From: Octopus sinensis | Taxonomy: Eukaryota | Assembly: GCF_006345805.1 (NCBI RefSeq) | Contig: NC_043010.1 | Location: forward strand, 62,868,001 to 62,932,000 | DNA length: 64,000 nt | Direction: 5' to 3' | Part shown: piece after piece, positions 13,884-27,519 of the stretch | Position numbering within the stretch: position 1 is the stretch's first letter | Layout: each line of letters begins with the position of its first letter | The notes under the pieces: generated by a model | Told to the model about the DNA's origin: nothing | Seen by the model: the letters and a program-made list of their open reading frames with translations, nothing else | Database searches by the model: none | Position numbers and translations under genes: made by a program

Positions 13884-14012
13884 ATCACCGTGATCATTGT
13901 GACCGACCAGGTTATCAGATGTTGCTATACATCGCTGGTAACAATGCGCTTCGCATTGTTTTAGCCTTCAAATGACACCACCCCGTTGACTAAGCGAGCA
14001 GGCCAACAGAAG
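13884..14012 (-). mobile_element. tRNA-SINE tail B fragment
   Basis: atcaccgtgatcattgtgaccgaccagg...caggccaacagaag; same tail as 16108-16429. Confidence 0.88.
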
Positions 14013-14398
14013 CTGTGAATTATCCAGTTGAATCCTTGAATAGTCTAACACCACCAGGCCTCCCACCTCACAACTTGTACCTCAAGATTGTGCCACCAGT
14101 TTTGCTGCTTCAAAATCTCAATCCACCAAAGCTTTGCAATGGCCCATGACTTCCCTCGGATATGCCTTTCCAGTGCAAGCACCTGCAATTCCCTTTGGAA
14201 CTGAGCTTTGCAAGGAGCATTAACAAGGCCCAAGGGCAGACCTTGGCTGTGGTAGGTCTGAACCTTGCAGAACCAGTTTTCTCCCATGGCCAACTTTATG
14301 TAGGATGCTCAAGAGTCGGCAATCCTAATCATTTGTTTATTTCTGCCCCACAAGGAAAGACCAAAATTGTGGTTTATCAAGAAGCTCTGCAAGCTTAA
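14009..14398 (+). mobile_element. Helitron Rep/Hel Pif1-like helicase C-terminal remnant (one stop, in-frame internal deletion)
   Basis: One frame reads [101 protein letters not shown], matching the Helitron helicase motifs YPxEFLNSL, LLRNL.PPKLCNG, FAxTINKSQGQ and FSHGQLYVAxSRV. Confidence 0.93.
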
Positions 14399-14456
14399 TA
14401 AGATTCACCAAATCATCAGGTGTTTATTATTTACCTGTAATATTTGCAAGTGTTGT

Positions 14457-14459
<3 letters not shown>

Positions 14460-14487
<28 letters not shown>

Positions 14488-14745
14488 TTAGTGTCCGCTT
14501 TCCATGCTAGCATGGGTTGGACGGTTCAACTGAGGTCTGGGAAGCCAGAAGGCTGCACCAGGCTCCAGTCTGATCTGGCAATGTTTCTACGGCTGGATGC
14601 CCTTCCTAACGCCAACCACTCTGTGAGTGTAGTGGATGCTTTTTATGTGCCACCCGCACAGGTGCCAGATGGAGCTGGCAAATGGCCACGGACAGATGGT
14701 GCTTTTTACGTGTCACCAGCACGGGGGTCAGGCGGGGCTGGCAAT
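14460..14745 (-). mobile_element. Family D retroposon
   Basis: (CAT)n + ttagtgtccgctttccatgctagcatgggttggacgg...ggatgcccttcctaacgccaacc. Confidence 0.92.
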
Positions 14746-15542
14746 GTTATTTTATTTTAAAATCTATATGCAAATTTATTCGTATGTCTCCTGTAAAGCT
14801 AAATGTCAGCCTATTCTACATTCATTGTAAATCTATTTCAACACTAGAGCCCCTGAGGGTAATATTCTCTGGGAACACACAAAAGCCCTTTTCAGAGTTA
14901 TTTACTTTGAATTGTTATTATCTCATATCTCATTAGCTTGTTATTATGTAACGTGCCTCACAATTAAGGTATACATACCTTATTGGTATTTCCTCCTAAG
15001 TTCTATATACTCTATGAACGCATTAAAGCCCTTTTCGGGGCAACATTATTTAAATTCTTACTGTTGGGTAACTAATTTCATGTTATTACATAACTGCCTT
15101 CACAATTTGGGTATTCATAACTTATTCGGAATTCCTAAAAACAAGATCCTACGTAAGACAGTTTGGTATTCTCTGCAAATGCATTCTTTTTATTGTTATT
15201 ATTGGATTAGTGGCACAATTATAAGAACAGAACCAAGTGGTAAGCCCCGCTTTCCCAGGAATTATCAGATATGTCAGCTAGTATTAATATAATTATAATA
15301 CTTATATTATAATATATATATATATTATATTTTGTTTTGGATTTGGTTTGCAAGATTCTTATATAAGTTAGTGTGTTGAAGCATATTCTGTGGTGTCTGA
15401 GAGTCATTTTCTTTTTGGCTTTAATGTAACACACTCACGGTAAAATTTCTATGATTTCTTATTTATTTTCTAAAATTTTCGTTGCGTCTGCAACCTTTTC
15501 ATTAGTTGGTATATATATATATATATATAATATATATATATA

Positions 15543-15580
<38 letters not shown>

Positions 15581-16107
15581 TATATATAAAGGGAGAGTTT
15601 ACGAAAAAAACAAAAGATGAAGACAGGTGATGTACAAAACAAACAGATGTATTAGTATAACGCTCAGGAATAGAAAAAGTCTTTTACATTTCAAGCCTAC
15701 GCTCTTCTAATAAGGAGAGAAACAAGGAGAAGAAAAAAGGAGAGAGAAAAAAGGAGAGAAAAAAAGGAGAGAAAAAAATTGTAGCGGCTAATGATCTATC
15801 ATGGCGACTGACTGCATGTATGTATGTATGTATGTATGTATGTGTGTATATGCTGGAGACATGTGAGAGGCACCTGTGCCAGTGACATATGAAGGACACC
15901 TTGTACTCTCAGTAGAATGGTTGGTGTTAGGAAGGGCATCCTGCTGTAGAAACTGTGTCAGAGCAGACAGATGGAGTGTGGTGCAACCCTCCAGATTACC
16001 AGCCCCAGTCAAATGGTTCTACCCATGCCAGCATAGAAAATGGACGTAAATGATGATATTGATGATGATAAACCTGTACATATATGAGCATGTTATATAT
16101 ACATTAT

Positions 16108-16429
16108 ATCACCGTGATCACCGTGATCACCGTGACTGACCAGGCTATCAGATGTTGCTACACCATCGCTGGTCACAATGTGCTTAACATTGTTTTAGCC
16201 TTCAAATGATGCCACCCACTGGCTGAGCGTACAGGCCAACAGAAGAAAGAGTGAGAGAAAGTTGTGGCGAAAGAGTACACAGGGATCGCCACCACCTTCC
16301 CCTGACGGAGCGTCGTGGAGCTTTAGGTGTTTCGCTCCATAGACACTCACAACGCCCGGTCTGGGAATCGAAATTGCGATCCTGCAACAGCGAGTCCGCT
16401 GCTCTAACCACTAGGCCATTGCGCCTCCA
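16108..16429 (-). mobile_element. Full-length tRNA-derived SINE (head 1 + tail B ending in (CACGGTGAT)n)
   Basis: Minus strand GGAGGCGCAATGGCCTAGTGGTTAG (A box)...TTTCGATTCCC (B box). Confidence 0.92.
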
Positions 16430-16554
16430 TGTATATATATATATATATATATATATAATGGGAAGCTTTATGAAAATAAACAAAAGACGAAGACAGTGGA
16501 GTACAAACAAACAATTGTATAGTATGGCGCTCAGGAATATAAATAAAAACAAGT

Positions 16555-16590
16555 CTTTAACGTTTCGAGCCTACGCTCTTCAACAGAAAG
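16555..16590 (-). ncRNA. Minimal type I hammerhead-like motif, A6U core variant (family E2)
   Basis: CTTT-CTGTTGA-A-GAGC-GTAG-GCTC-GAAA-CGTT-AAAG; stems I and II pair perfectly; duplicate at 17463-17498. Confidence 0.6.
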
Positions 16591-17011
16591 ATACACAGAA
16601 AAGAAACCGGGAGGAAGAGAGAAACAAGGAGAGAAAAAACGGAGAGAGAAAAAAGGAGAGAAAAAAGGAGAGAAAAAAAATTGTAGCGGCTAATGATATA
16701 TCATGGCGACTGACTGCATGTATGTATGTATGTATGTATGTATGTGTGTATATGCTGGAGACATGTGAGAGGCACCTGTGCCAGTGACATATGAAGGACA
16801 CCTTGTACTCTCAGTAGAATGGTTGGTGTTAGGAAGGGCATCCTGCTGTAGAAACTGTGTCAGAGCAGACAGATGGAGTGTGGTGCAACCCTCCAGATTA
16901 CCAGCCCCAGTCAAATGGTCTAACCCATGCCAGCATAGAAAATGGACGTTAAATGATGATATTGATGATGATAAACCTGTACATATATGAGCATGTTATA
17001 TATACATATAT

Positions 17012-17336
17012 ATCACCGTGATCACCGTGATCACCGTGACTGACCAGGCTATCAGATGTTGCTACACCATCGCTGGTCACAATGTGCTTCACATTGTTTT
17101 AGCCTTCAAATGATGCCACCCCACTGGCTGAGCGTACAGGCCAACAGAAGAAAGAGTGAGAGAAAGTTGTGGCGAAAGAGTACAGCAGGGATCGCCACCA
17201 CCTTCCCCTGCCGGAGCCTCGTGGAGCTTTAGGTGTTTTCGCTCAATAGACACTCACAACGCCCGGTCTGGGAATCGAAATTGCGATCCTGCAACAGCGA
17301 GTCCGCTGCTCTAACCACTAGGCCATTGCGCCTCCA
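17012..17336 (-). mobile_element. tRNA-SINE (head 1 + tail B), duplicate copy
   Basis: Near-identical to 16108-16429. Confidence 0.92.
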
Positions 17337-17579
17337 TGTATATATATATATATATATATATATAATGGGAAGCTTTATGAAAATAAACAAAAGACGAAGA
17401 CAGGTGGAGTACAAACAAACAATTGTATTAGTATGGCGCTCAGGAATATAAATAAAACAAGTCTTTAACGTTTCGAGCCTACGCTCTTCAACAGAAAGAT
17501 ACACAGAAAAGAAACACGGAGAGAAACAAGGAGAGAAAAAAATGCGTGCAGAAGCTAGCGATTCAACATATATATATAT

Positions 17580-17705
17580 ATAAAGGGAAAGTTTATGAAA
17601 ATAAACAAAAGACGAAGGCAGGTGGAGTACAAACAAACAAATGTATTAGTATAGCGCTCAGGAATAGAAAAAGTCTTTTACGTTTCGAGCCTACGCTCTT
17701 CGATA
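17580..17705 (-). mobile_element. Family E2 Penelope-like terminus remnant
   Basis: aaagggaaagtttatgaaaataaacaaaagacg...tacgtttcgagcctacgctcttcg; hammerhead 5' half deleted. Confidence 0.7.
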
Positions 17706-17964
17706 CACACACAAACACACACACACACATATATTTATACATATAAACACGCAATATACAAATATACATGCATATACATATATATACATACACACATACA
17801 CATGCATGCAGACACTAACACACACACACCTACATACATCATCATTATCATCATTTAAATCCGTTTTTCAAGATGCTGGCAAGGGTTGAACAATTTCACA
17901 GGAGCCTGACAAGCTGGAGAGCTACACCAAGCTCTATCGTCTGTTTTGGTATAAATTCTGTGGC

Positions 17965-18230
17965 TTTGGTTGGCCCAAGGCTATAGTAGAAGACACTTGT
18001 CCAAGGTGTTATGCAGTGGGATTGAACATGGAACCATGTGGTTGGGAAGCAAGCTTCTTACCACACAGCCACGCCTGCGACTAAGTATATATTCAGTGGA
18101 CTACTTTCACTTTCTCTCAACCAAAGCCACTACGAAGGCTTTGGTTGGCTTGAGGTTATAGTAGAAGACACTTGTCCAAGGTGCCACATAGTGGGACTGA
18201 ACCCAGAACCATGTGGTTGGCAAGGAAACA
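17965..18230 (-). mobile_element. Two tandem family C SINE heads
   Basis: Two copies of gtagaagacacttgtccaaggtg...gaaccatgtggttgg. Confidence 0.82.
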
Positions 18231-18334
18231 TTTTAGCAGGCTGCCATGCTTGTGTCTGAATACTAGGGATATTTCATATTTTCTGATGTAGAAAGCTGGA
18301 TTTGTGGGTGAGTGTCACTGTATGTTTGTGGGGG

Positions 18335-18376
<42 letters not shown>

Positions 18377-18500
18377 CGTGTGCACACGTTTGTGTGTGCA
18401 TGTATGTGTGTCTATTGATGTGTAGGGCTTTATGAATATTTACATGACAGTATGGAGTGTGTGTGTGTGTATATGCACACGTGTGTGTGTTTTTATACAC

Positions 18501-18543
<43 letters not shown>

Positions 18544-18726
18544 CAAGCATATATACATCATCAACATCATCATCATTGTTTAACGTCCGTTTTCCATGGT
18601 AGCATGGGTTGGATGGTTCGACTGGAGTCTGGGGAGCCAGGAGGCTGCACCAGGCTCCAGTCTGATCTATGCACACACAAATATAATATACATACACATG
18701 TATGTTGTATATATATCTATGTATAT

Positions 18727-18766
<40 letters not shown>

Positions 18767-18836
18767 AAATTCACACACAAACACATATTTATATACACAC
18801 GTATATATTTATATATGCATATATAGTATATATATA

Positions 18837-18892
<56 letters not shown>

Positions 18893-18999
18893 TATAAACT
18901 ATATATATGTAGTATGGTATGTAAGTGAAAATGTGGATGGATGTCAGTAGAAGGGGGAAGTGGGGGTGCTGGCTGTCACCTCCTCTTCTGTCCCCCACC

Positions 19000-19575
19000 T
19001 CGTCACCCCACCTCTTCCTATCACCCACTTCCCTTCTTGCGCCCCGCCCCCCCTCCACATGTTCACCCACCCATTTCTTACCAACCAGCCAGCAAGCCAT
19101 CTCCTTGTCAGAGCTGGGATGGCAGGGTAAGGAGGGGTGGGCAGCAGTGGATGGGTGGACACAGATTTTCCTGTCTCTCCTCTTGCCTTCTGCCGCCCCC
19201 CACACACACTACCGCACCCCTTTCCACTCAGCTTCTGTTTCTGTTCTTCTACCACTACTATCATCATCATCATCATCATCATCATGGTCTTTAGCTTAAC
19301 TATCACCACCTCCACCAGCACAGCCACCCCCTCCATGACCACTGCCACTAATCCAACCTCCTGTAATCTCACCCCATCATACCATGATCAACAACAACAA
19401 AAACAGCATCACTAGGATGTGAGGGGAGAGGAACGGCGGGGGGGGTTCTGATCCATCTCTCCCCTCATCATCACCATCACCATCATCAGGAACTCTGCCA
19501 CCATTACCCCCCTCCTGACTACTATGACACCCCCTCCTCATCATCATCACAACCTCCACTCTAATCATCATCATT

Positions 19576-19611
<36 letters not shown>

Positions 19612-19974
19612 TCCACCCTCATCATCATCATCATCATCATCTCCACCCTCATCATCATCATCATCATCATCATCTCCACCCTCATCATCATCATCATTAT
19701 CATCATCATCATCATCATCACCATCATCATCTCACCCTCATCATCATCATCATCATCATCTCCACCCTCATCATCATCATCATCATCATCATCTCCACCC
19801 TCATCATCATCATCATTATCATCATCATCATCATCATCACCATCATCATCTCCACCCTCATCATCATCATCATCATCATCTCCACCCTCATCATCATCAT
19901 CATCATAATCATCATCATCATCATCACCATTATCATCTCCACAATCATCATCATCATCATCATCATCTCCACCC

Positions 19975-20008
<34 letters not shown>

Positions 20009-22594
20009 TTTCCTCAACACCATCATCATCCCCCCACCACCCACCACCATCATCATCTACTGCCATTCACTCCCCTCCCCAACTCCCATCCTCTCCAGTC
20101 TTCACAGCATGACAACACCCCTCCTCTTTACTCCAACCCCCACCCCGCACTGCTCCATTTCTTCTCTCCACCTCTCACCCCACCTCCAGGAGAGCCAGGA
20201 GGAATACAATTCGCCCCCCCCCCACCCGTCACTCCCCCCCCCCAACAGCACCCAACACTCATTAGTACCACCACCATCACCACCACCATCACCACCACCA
20301 TCACCACTACCATCATCATGAGCATAACCACCACACCCACATCATCATCATCATCACAACTAGCACTGTTACCCCAGCCTTCCCCCATGCATGCTCCCCC
20401 TTCTCTTGCACCCTTCCCCCCACAGCAACCACCAGGGCCCCCCCCTACACCTGCCCCTCCCCTCCTTGCCTATGCCTCCCTCTGTCCCCCCCCCAGTCGC
20501 CAGGTTTTGTATAGCTTTACTGTATCAGCAGCACACCACCCAACACCACCACCTCCACCACCTCCACCACCACCATCACCATCACCATCACCATCATCAT
20601 CATCATCATCACAAACAACTACTAATCCAGCCATGAAGGCTTTCACTGCCATCACCACCACCACCAACACCATCACCACCATCATGATCATCCTTATTAT
20701 CATTATCATCATCATCATTTCCACCACCACCACCACTAACGCCACCCCAACCTAAATCACCATCACCATCACCATGGTTACCATCACCACCATCATCATA
20801 ATCATCATCACTGCCACCTGCATTATTATTGCTCCTTACACCACCACCATCTACACCACCAACACTCACTCCATCACCACCACCACCACCACTACTAGCG
20901 CCCATACTACCATCATCAGTGTGAGCTTGAAAACAAGGCCTTTAAGTGATCGCTCAGTCTGCTAAAAATAACAGTGAAATTCCCCTCAAAATTGCACTTG
21001 TGAATGGATGTAGGAATACTTTGGGGATGGGCCCTTACCTCTAACACCACCACTACCACCACTACTACTACAACAGCCAAGACCCCAACTACCACTACCA
21101 CCAATACCACCACCACTACTACCATTACCATCACTACCACTGCCATCCCTACCCCCACCACAATCACCAATATCATCATTAGGAATGCCAATATCTCTAC
21201 TACCACTGCTACAGTCAACACCCTAACCACCACCACTACCTCCAATACCAAAACAACCGCCACCGCCACCACCACCACCACCACCACCACCATCACTACT
21301 GCCACCACCACCACCACCACTACCACCACTACCACCACCACCACCACCACCACCACACCACCACCACTACACCACCACCACCACACCACCACCACCACCA
21401 CCACCACCACCACCACCACTACTGCCACCACCACCACCACCACCACCACCACCACCACCACCACCACCCACCACCACTACTGCCACCACCACTACCATCA
21501 CCACCACCACCACCACCACCACTACCATCACCACCACTACTACCTTGCAATCTACCCACCTAACCAGACACTTCTTACCTACCCTGCATTCATCCCCTGC
21601 TCTGCCCACAGCATCCCTGGTCACACCTCATCCATATTTACCCCTGGATAAACCTTTTGTTACTTCGCCACCACCACTACCACCACCACCACCACCGCTT
21701 CCATCATTGTTACCATGGCCACCACTACCACTATCATTGTTGTTACAATTACAACCACCACCACCACCACAACAAACGCCATGCCCACCCCACCACCGTC
21801 ATCATCATCATCATCATCATTATCACTAACCTGCATTATTATTACTCCTTACACCACCACCACCACCACTACCACTACCATTGTGTACCCCTATATCTGT
21901 TTCTACCACTATACTTACCATCAATTTTTTGCCTCCACTGTTGCCACCACCACCACCACCACCACCAAACATACTACCACCAAGACTGTTGTTACATCTA
22001 CCATACCACTGTTGGTAAATTATGTCTCACCAACAACTGACTAGTTTCAATGTGACTACCACCACCACCACCACCACCACCACCGCCACCGCCGCCGCCA
22101 CCTCCGAGCACCGCACACCACCATCTCACAGCCACTAAATCTCCTTTCAACCTCACCCCTTTCCCCCTCCCTTTCTCCCCACCCCACCCCCTTCACCATA
22201 GTTCTGTCTCTTCCATCTCTGTTAGACATCTCCTCCTTACCCCTCACCTCACCTCATTCTCTCCACACTCCACCACCACCACCACCACACCACCACACCA
22301 CCACCACCACCACCACCACCACCACCATCACCACCACCACTCCTACTAATACTACCAATACCACTATAACTATCTGGAAATTAACCAACCAAACCACCAC
22401 CACCACCACCACCACCACCACCACCACCACCACCACCACCACCACTACCACCACCACCACTCCTACTAATACTACCAATACCACTATAACTATCTGGAAA
22501 TTAACCAACCAAACCACCACCACCACCAACACCACCACCACCACCACCACCCACCACCACCACCACCACCATGCCACCACCACCACCGTCGCCT

Positions 22595-22637
<43 letters not shown>

Positions 22638-22925
22638 CATGACGACCAACACCAGTAACACCACTAAAGACAACCAATAACATTGGCTCCACTACCACCT
22701 CCACCATCACCACCACCACCACCACCTATATGCTACCACCTTCATTACTAGTACAACCACTTTTACCACTCCACCCTTCATCATGGCATTACTACTACTA
22801 CTACCACCACTACTACCACTACCACCACTACTACCACTACCACTACCACCACTACTACTACTACTACCACCACCACCACTACTACTACCACTACCACCAC
22901 CACCACCACCACCACCACCACCACC

Positions 22926-22967
<42 letters not shown>

Positions 22968-23110
22968 GCTGCTGCCACCACCACCACTGGCATATGCTAA
23001 CAACGCCCCCACCTCCCCTGTCATCCTCACCTACCACTATGTACCATCAACAATGGCTAGAAATAGCAGTCAGATGCTCTTAAATCACGTCCTGCATTCT
23101 TCAAACAAAA
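19000..23110. repeat. Large (ATC)n/(ACC)n/(ACT)n degenerate trinucleotide block
   Basis: Poly-His/Thr/Ile/Asp pseudo-ORFs open in several frames; includes a 120-bp tandem duplication at ~22336-22575. Confidence 0.95.
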
Positions 23111-23260
23111 GGGGAAAAAAATAATGAAATAAGGGCATGCTGGATAATTTACAGCGAAAGGAAAGGAGGGATGGTCGCGGTCGGGATGCACGGAATCACA
23201 GGTCGGCTAGATCAGGATTGACCTAGGGTTAAATGACAACAACAACAACAACAACAATCA
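23055..23260 (+). mobile_element. Family I dispersed repeat with (AAC)n tail
   Basis: ctagaaatagcagtcagatg...gggatggtcgcgg...gacctagggttaaatgacaacaacaac. Confidence 0.65.
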
Positions 23261-23325
23261 GTACAAACAGATCAACGTCACCACCACCACCACAATCATC
23301 ATCATCATCATCATCATCATCATAA

Positions 23326-23362
<37 letters not shown>

Positions 23363-24074
23363 TAATAATAATAATAATAATGATAATAATAATAATAATA
23401 ATGATGATGATGATGATGATGATGATTATAATGATAATAATAATAATAATAATAATACCATAACCACTACTACTACAGCCACTACCACGACTACCACTAC
23501 ATCATCACAACACACCATTCACCACCACCACCTCCATCGCCTACAACGCACAACATCACCATACATGGCCACCACCACCTCCCCAAACACCACCACGATA
23601 CATCCAACATACAACTGTACCATCACCACCACCACCACCAATAACACGCCACTAGATATCACCACCACCACTACCACCACCACCATTATACACCAGCATA
23701 CAGCAGTACCATCACCACTACCACCACCACCACCACCACCATCACCGCTGTCATCCTCCAACCGCCGCCCCCACCATCGCCAGCAGCAGCAGCAGCAGCA
23801 ACGTACCACCAAGGCCATCACAGTCAATAAACTACACTTCAGAACCATCCTTCATCTGTGTGTGTCTCTCTCTCTTCCCCGCTCCACCACCACAACCACC
23901 ACCTCTCCTTCCCCTATGCCATACACCGCCACCACCGCCGACACTACCCTCTCTCCCCGCATCTGTCTCCAACCCACACCGTTCCCTTCCTCTCCAACCA
24001 AACACTCCACTCCCCTCCTCCCGTCCACCCACCAACCATCCACCAACTCGCCACTACTTGTCTCAGCTGAATGT

Positions 24075-24076
24075 CT

Positions 24077-24113
<37 letters not shown>

Positions 24114-24454
24114 AGTCTCTTTTTCTCTTTAACATTCTCTTTTATTAACCCTCTCTCTCTCCTAAATACTGTCTCTGTCTTTCTCTCTGATATACCCTCT
24201 CTTTCTCTCTGTAACAGTCTCTCTGTGTAACAGTCTCTCTGTTTCTCTCTTTGTAACATACTGCCTCTTTCTCTGTACCACGAAGACATTGTCTGTCTCT
24301 GTCTCTGTCTGTCACTTTTGTAACATGTCTCTCCCTTAATTCTCTCTCTCTGTAACACTTTTCTCTCTGTAACATACTGTCTGTCTATTTATCTTCCACA
24401 GACTCTCTCTCTCTCTCTCTCTCTTTCTGTAACACAGCATCTCTGCGTCTGTCC

Positions 24455-24496
<42 letters not shown>

Positions 24497-24554
24497 GTCT
24501 CTGTCTCTCTCTCTCTAACATTCTCCCTTTATCTCTGTAACACACCATATCTGC

Positions 24555-24587
<33 letters not shown>

Positions 24588-25145
24588 ACATTCTCCCTTT
24601 ATCTCTGTAACACACTATCTCTACGTCTCTCTCTCTAACATTCTCCCTCTATCTCTGTAACACACTATCTCTACGTCTCTCTCTCTCTAACATTCTCCCT
24701 TTATCTCTGTAACACACTATCTCTACGTCTCTCTCTCTAACATTCTCCCTTTATCTCTGTAACACACTATCTCTACGTCTCTCTCTCTAACATTCTCCCT
24801 TTATCTCTGTAACACACTATCTCTACGTCTCTCTCTCTAACATTCTCCCTTTATCTCTGTAACACGCTGTAACAGTCGCTTGTTGTTTATATACGTGTGT
24901 GTATGTATATATATATATGTGCGACATAATTTCTCACTCTCTCTGTAACACACGTCTCTCTCTCTCTCTCTCTCTCCTGTAACATAACATAATGAGTGTG
25001 TGTTTTTCTGTGACAATGTCTTTGTCTTAACAACAGACTCCCTGTCCGTCTGCCTGTCACTGTAACAGTCTATCAGACAGTAACTCTGTGTTTGTCTGTC
25101 TGTCTGGTTTTCTCTCTCTCTCTCTCTCTCTCTGTTATTTGTCAG

Positions 25146-25184
<39 letters not shown>

Positions 25185-25682
25185 CTCTACATAACATTCT
25201 ACCTCCTGTTACATTTTGTCTGCTCTCACCGTAACTCACCGTATCGCAGCCTTTTCTGTATCGTCCTCTCCTTCTCTCTCTTTCTCTCTCTATCTCCCCA
25301 ATCCTTTCCTCTATCCTCCCTCACCTCGCCCTTTCCCCCTTACCTTCTAGTCGGTCTCTCTGACTGTCTCTCACAATATCTGTCTGTCTGTCTCTGTAAC
25401 AAAATATTTCTCAGTCAGCCAGTGTCTGTCCTCTACAACACGATATCTACCAATCTCGCTGACTGCCTCTGTCTCTCTTTCTCTCTCACTGTCTCTCTGT
25501 CTCTCTCTGTCTCTCTCACTGTCTCTCTGTCTCTTTCTCTCTCACTGTCTGTCTGTCTCTCTCTGTCTCTCTCACTGTCTCTCTGTCTCTCTCTGTCTCT
25601 TTCTCTCTTACTGTCTGTCTGTCTCTCTCTGTCTCTGTCTGTCTCTTTCTCTCTCACTGTCTGTCTGTCTCTTTCTCTCTCA

Positions 25683-25715
<33 letters not shown>

Positions 25716-26248
25716 ACTGTCTCTCTGTCTCTGTCTGTCTCTTTCTCTTTCACTGTCTGTCTGTCTCTCTCTGTCTCTCTCACTGTCTCTCTTTCTCTCT
25801 CACTGTCTGTCTGTCTCTCTCTGTCTCTGTCTGTCTCTCTCTGTCTCTGTCTGTCTCTTTCTCTCTCACTGTCTCTCTCTGTCTCTTTCTCTCTCTGTCT
25901 TATATATATATATCTGTAACACAAAATGTTTCCCCTTTCTTTCGGTAATATAACGTCTGTCTGTCCCTCTTTTTCTACCTGTAACAAAACCTTTCGGTGA
26001 ATATGTCTCTTCCGTCGTCAACCTAAATCTCTCTCTCTCTCTTCGCCTCTCCCTTTCTCTCTCTCCCTCCCTTTAACACACACACACACAAACTCACTCT
26101 TGTACAAGGCACACTTACACACGCACACACACAAACAAGTATGTAGATATATACAAATGTATATATATATATATATATATATATCTTTGTATGCGTGTAT
26201 ATATACAGAAAGAGATAGATAAAGAGAGATTGTCCGTCTCTGGTAAAT

Positions 26249-26287
<39 letters not shown>

Positions 26288-26580
26288 CATCAATCTTCCC
26301 CTTCCTTCCTTCCCTCCCCCCCTTCTATTCAGACACTATATCTTTCTGTCTTCGTGCATCTCAATCTTTCTCCAACACTCACTGCCTCTTCCCCACCCCA
26401 TCACTTCTCTCTCTCTCTCTCTCTCTCCACTTCTCTCTTTCTCTCTCCTCTTTATGTATATTCATCGATTTTCCAATCTCTCTCTCTCTCTCTCTCTGTC
26501 ACCCTTTCTATTCTCTGTCTTTCGATTCCGCCCTCACACACGTCTCTCATTCTTTCTCTCGTCTTCCTGTTTTTTTCCCC
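24075..26580. repeat. (TC)n/(TCTG)n block containing a ~50-bp minisatellite (24510-24865)
   Basis: About seven units of (CT)n-aacattctccctttatctctgtaacacactatctctacgt. Confidence 0.95.
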
Positions 26581-27519
26581 TCTTATTTTCTCTCCTTTTC
26601 CTCAAACATCACAAACAACCGCTGTCACCACCACCACCACTACCATTACCACCACCTATGATATAGCTCTAAGCCACGCCACTGCCGTCACCATCATACC
26701 TCCCCCACATACAGACTCAACCGCCACCACAACCACTATCATCATCATCATCATCATCACTACAACAACTGCTACTAACCACCACTTCTGCAGAACATCA
26801 ATAGGAATACAGAAATCACCACCACCACCACCACTATCACCATCACGTCGACCACTGCCAGCACCACCGCAACCACCCCCACAACTACCACGACTACCAC
26901 AATGATCTTCACCAACATCAACACCACCAATACCACCACCACTACCTACAACACCACCACAACCACCATCACCACAACCACTACTTCTACTACCACCACC
27001 ATCACCACCACTATAAATACCACCTCCACTACTACCCACACAACATTCACCACTACCACTGTACCATTACCTAGAAGGGTACACTACTACCAATACGTTA
27101 CCATCACGACAACACCACCACCACCAACACTGTTGCCATCACAACAATCAATGCTACCACCCATACCACCAGCACTGTTACAAACAATACCATCGCTGCC
27201 CCCCGCCCCCCACCCCCACCAATACCTTCACCTCAACAACCTTCTCTGTCCCAAAACCTAACTGCCATCTGAACCAACTATGTGGTTGTGCAAGATGTTA
27301 GAAACAACAGCCAAATCTGCCACAAATAACATTCCACTGAATGAAAAAATAAGGGGACATCATATATGACAATGTCATTTGAGAAAGACCTTGGAGAAGA
27401 CAGGATGGCCATAGCTGGAATGTCTTGACCTAGAGCTAACAACCATGGAACCACCAATCCTTTCATACTATACCATTGCTAACCAGCAAGACGTCTATGT
27501 ATGGTTGTCCTTCATCCTT

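Larger units (their letters stand above)
15713..17545. repeat. Tandem duplication of a ~905-bp composite unit (E2 terminus + family D + tRNA-SINE)
   Basis: gtagcggctaatgat at 15781 and 16683; atgggaagcttt at 16457 and 17367; near-identical apart from scattered substitutions and 1-bp indels. Confidence 0.95.

Noticed and set aside
14750-15450. 126-aa ORF and AT-rich unique region after the Helitron fragment
   Set aside because: No recognisable motif in any frame I translated and many stops on the minus strand; it may be decayed TE but I cannot support a call
19377-23124. Poly-His, poly-Asp, poly-Thr and poly-Val ORFs resembling histidine-rich or mucin proteins
   Set aside because: Trinucleotide repeats lack stops in most frames on both strands; there are no splice sites or unique domains
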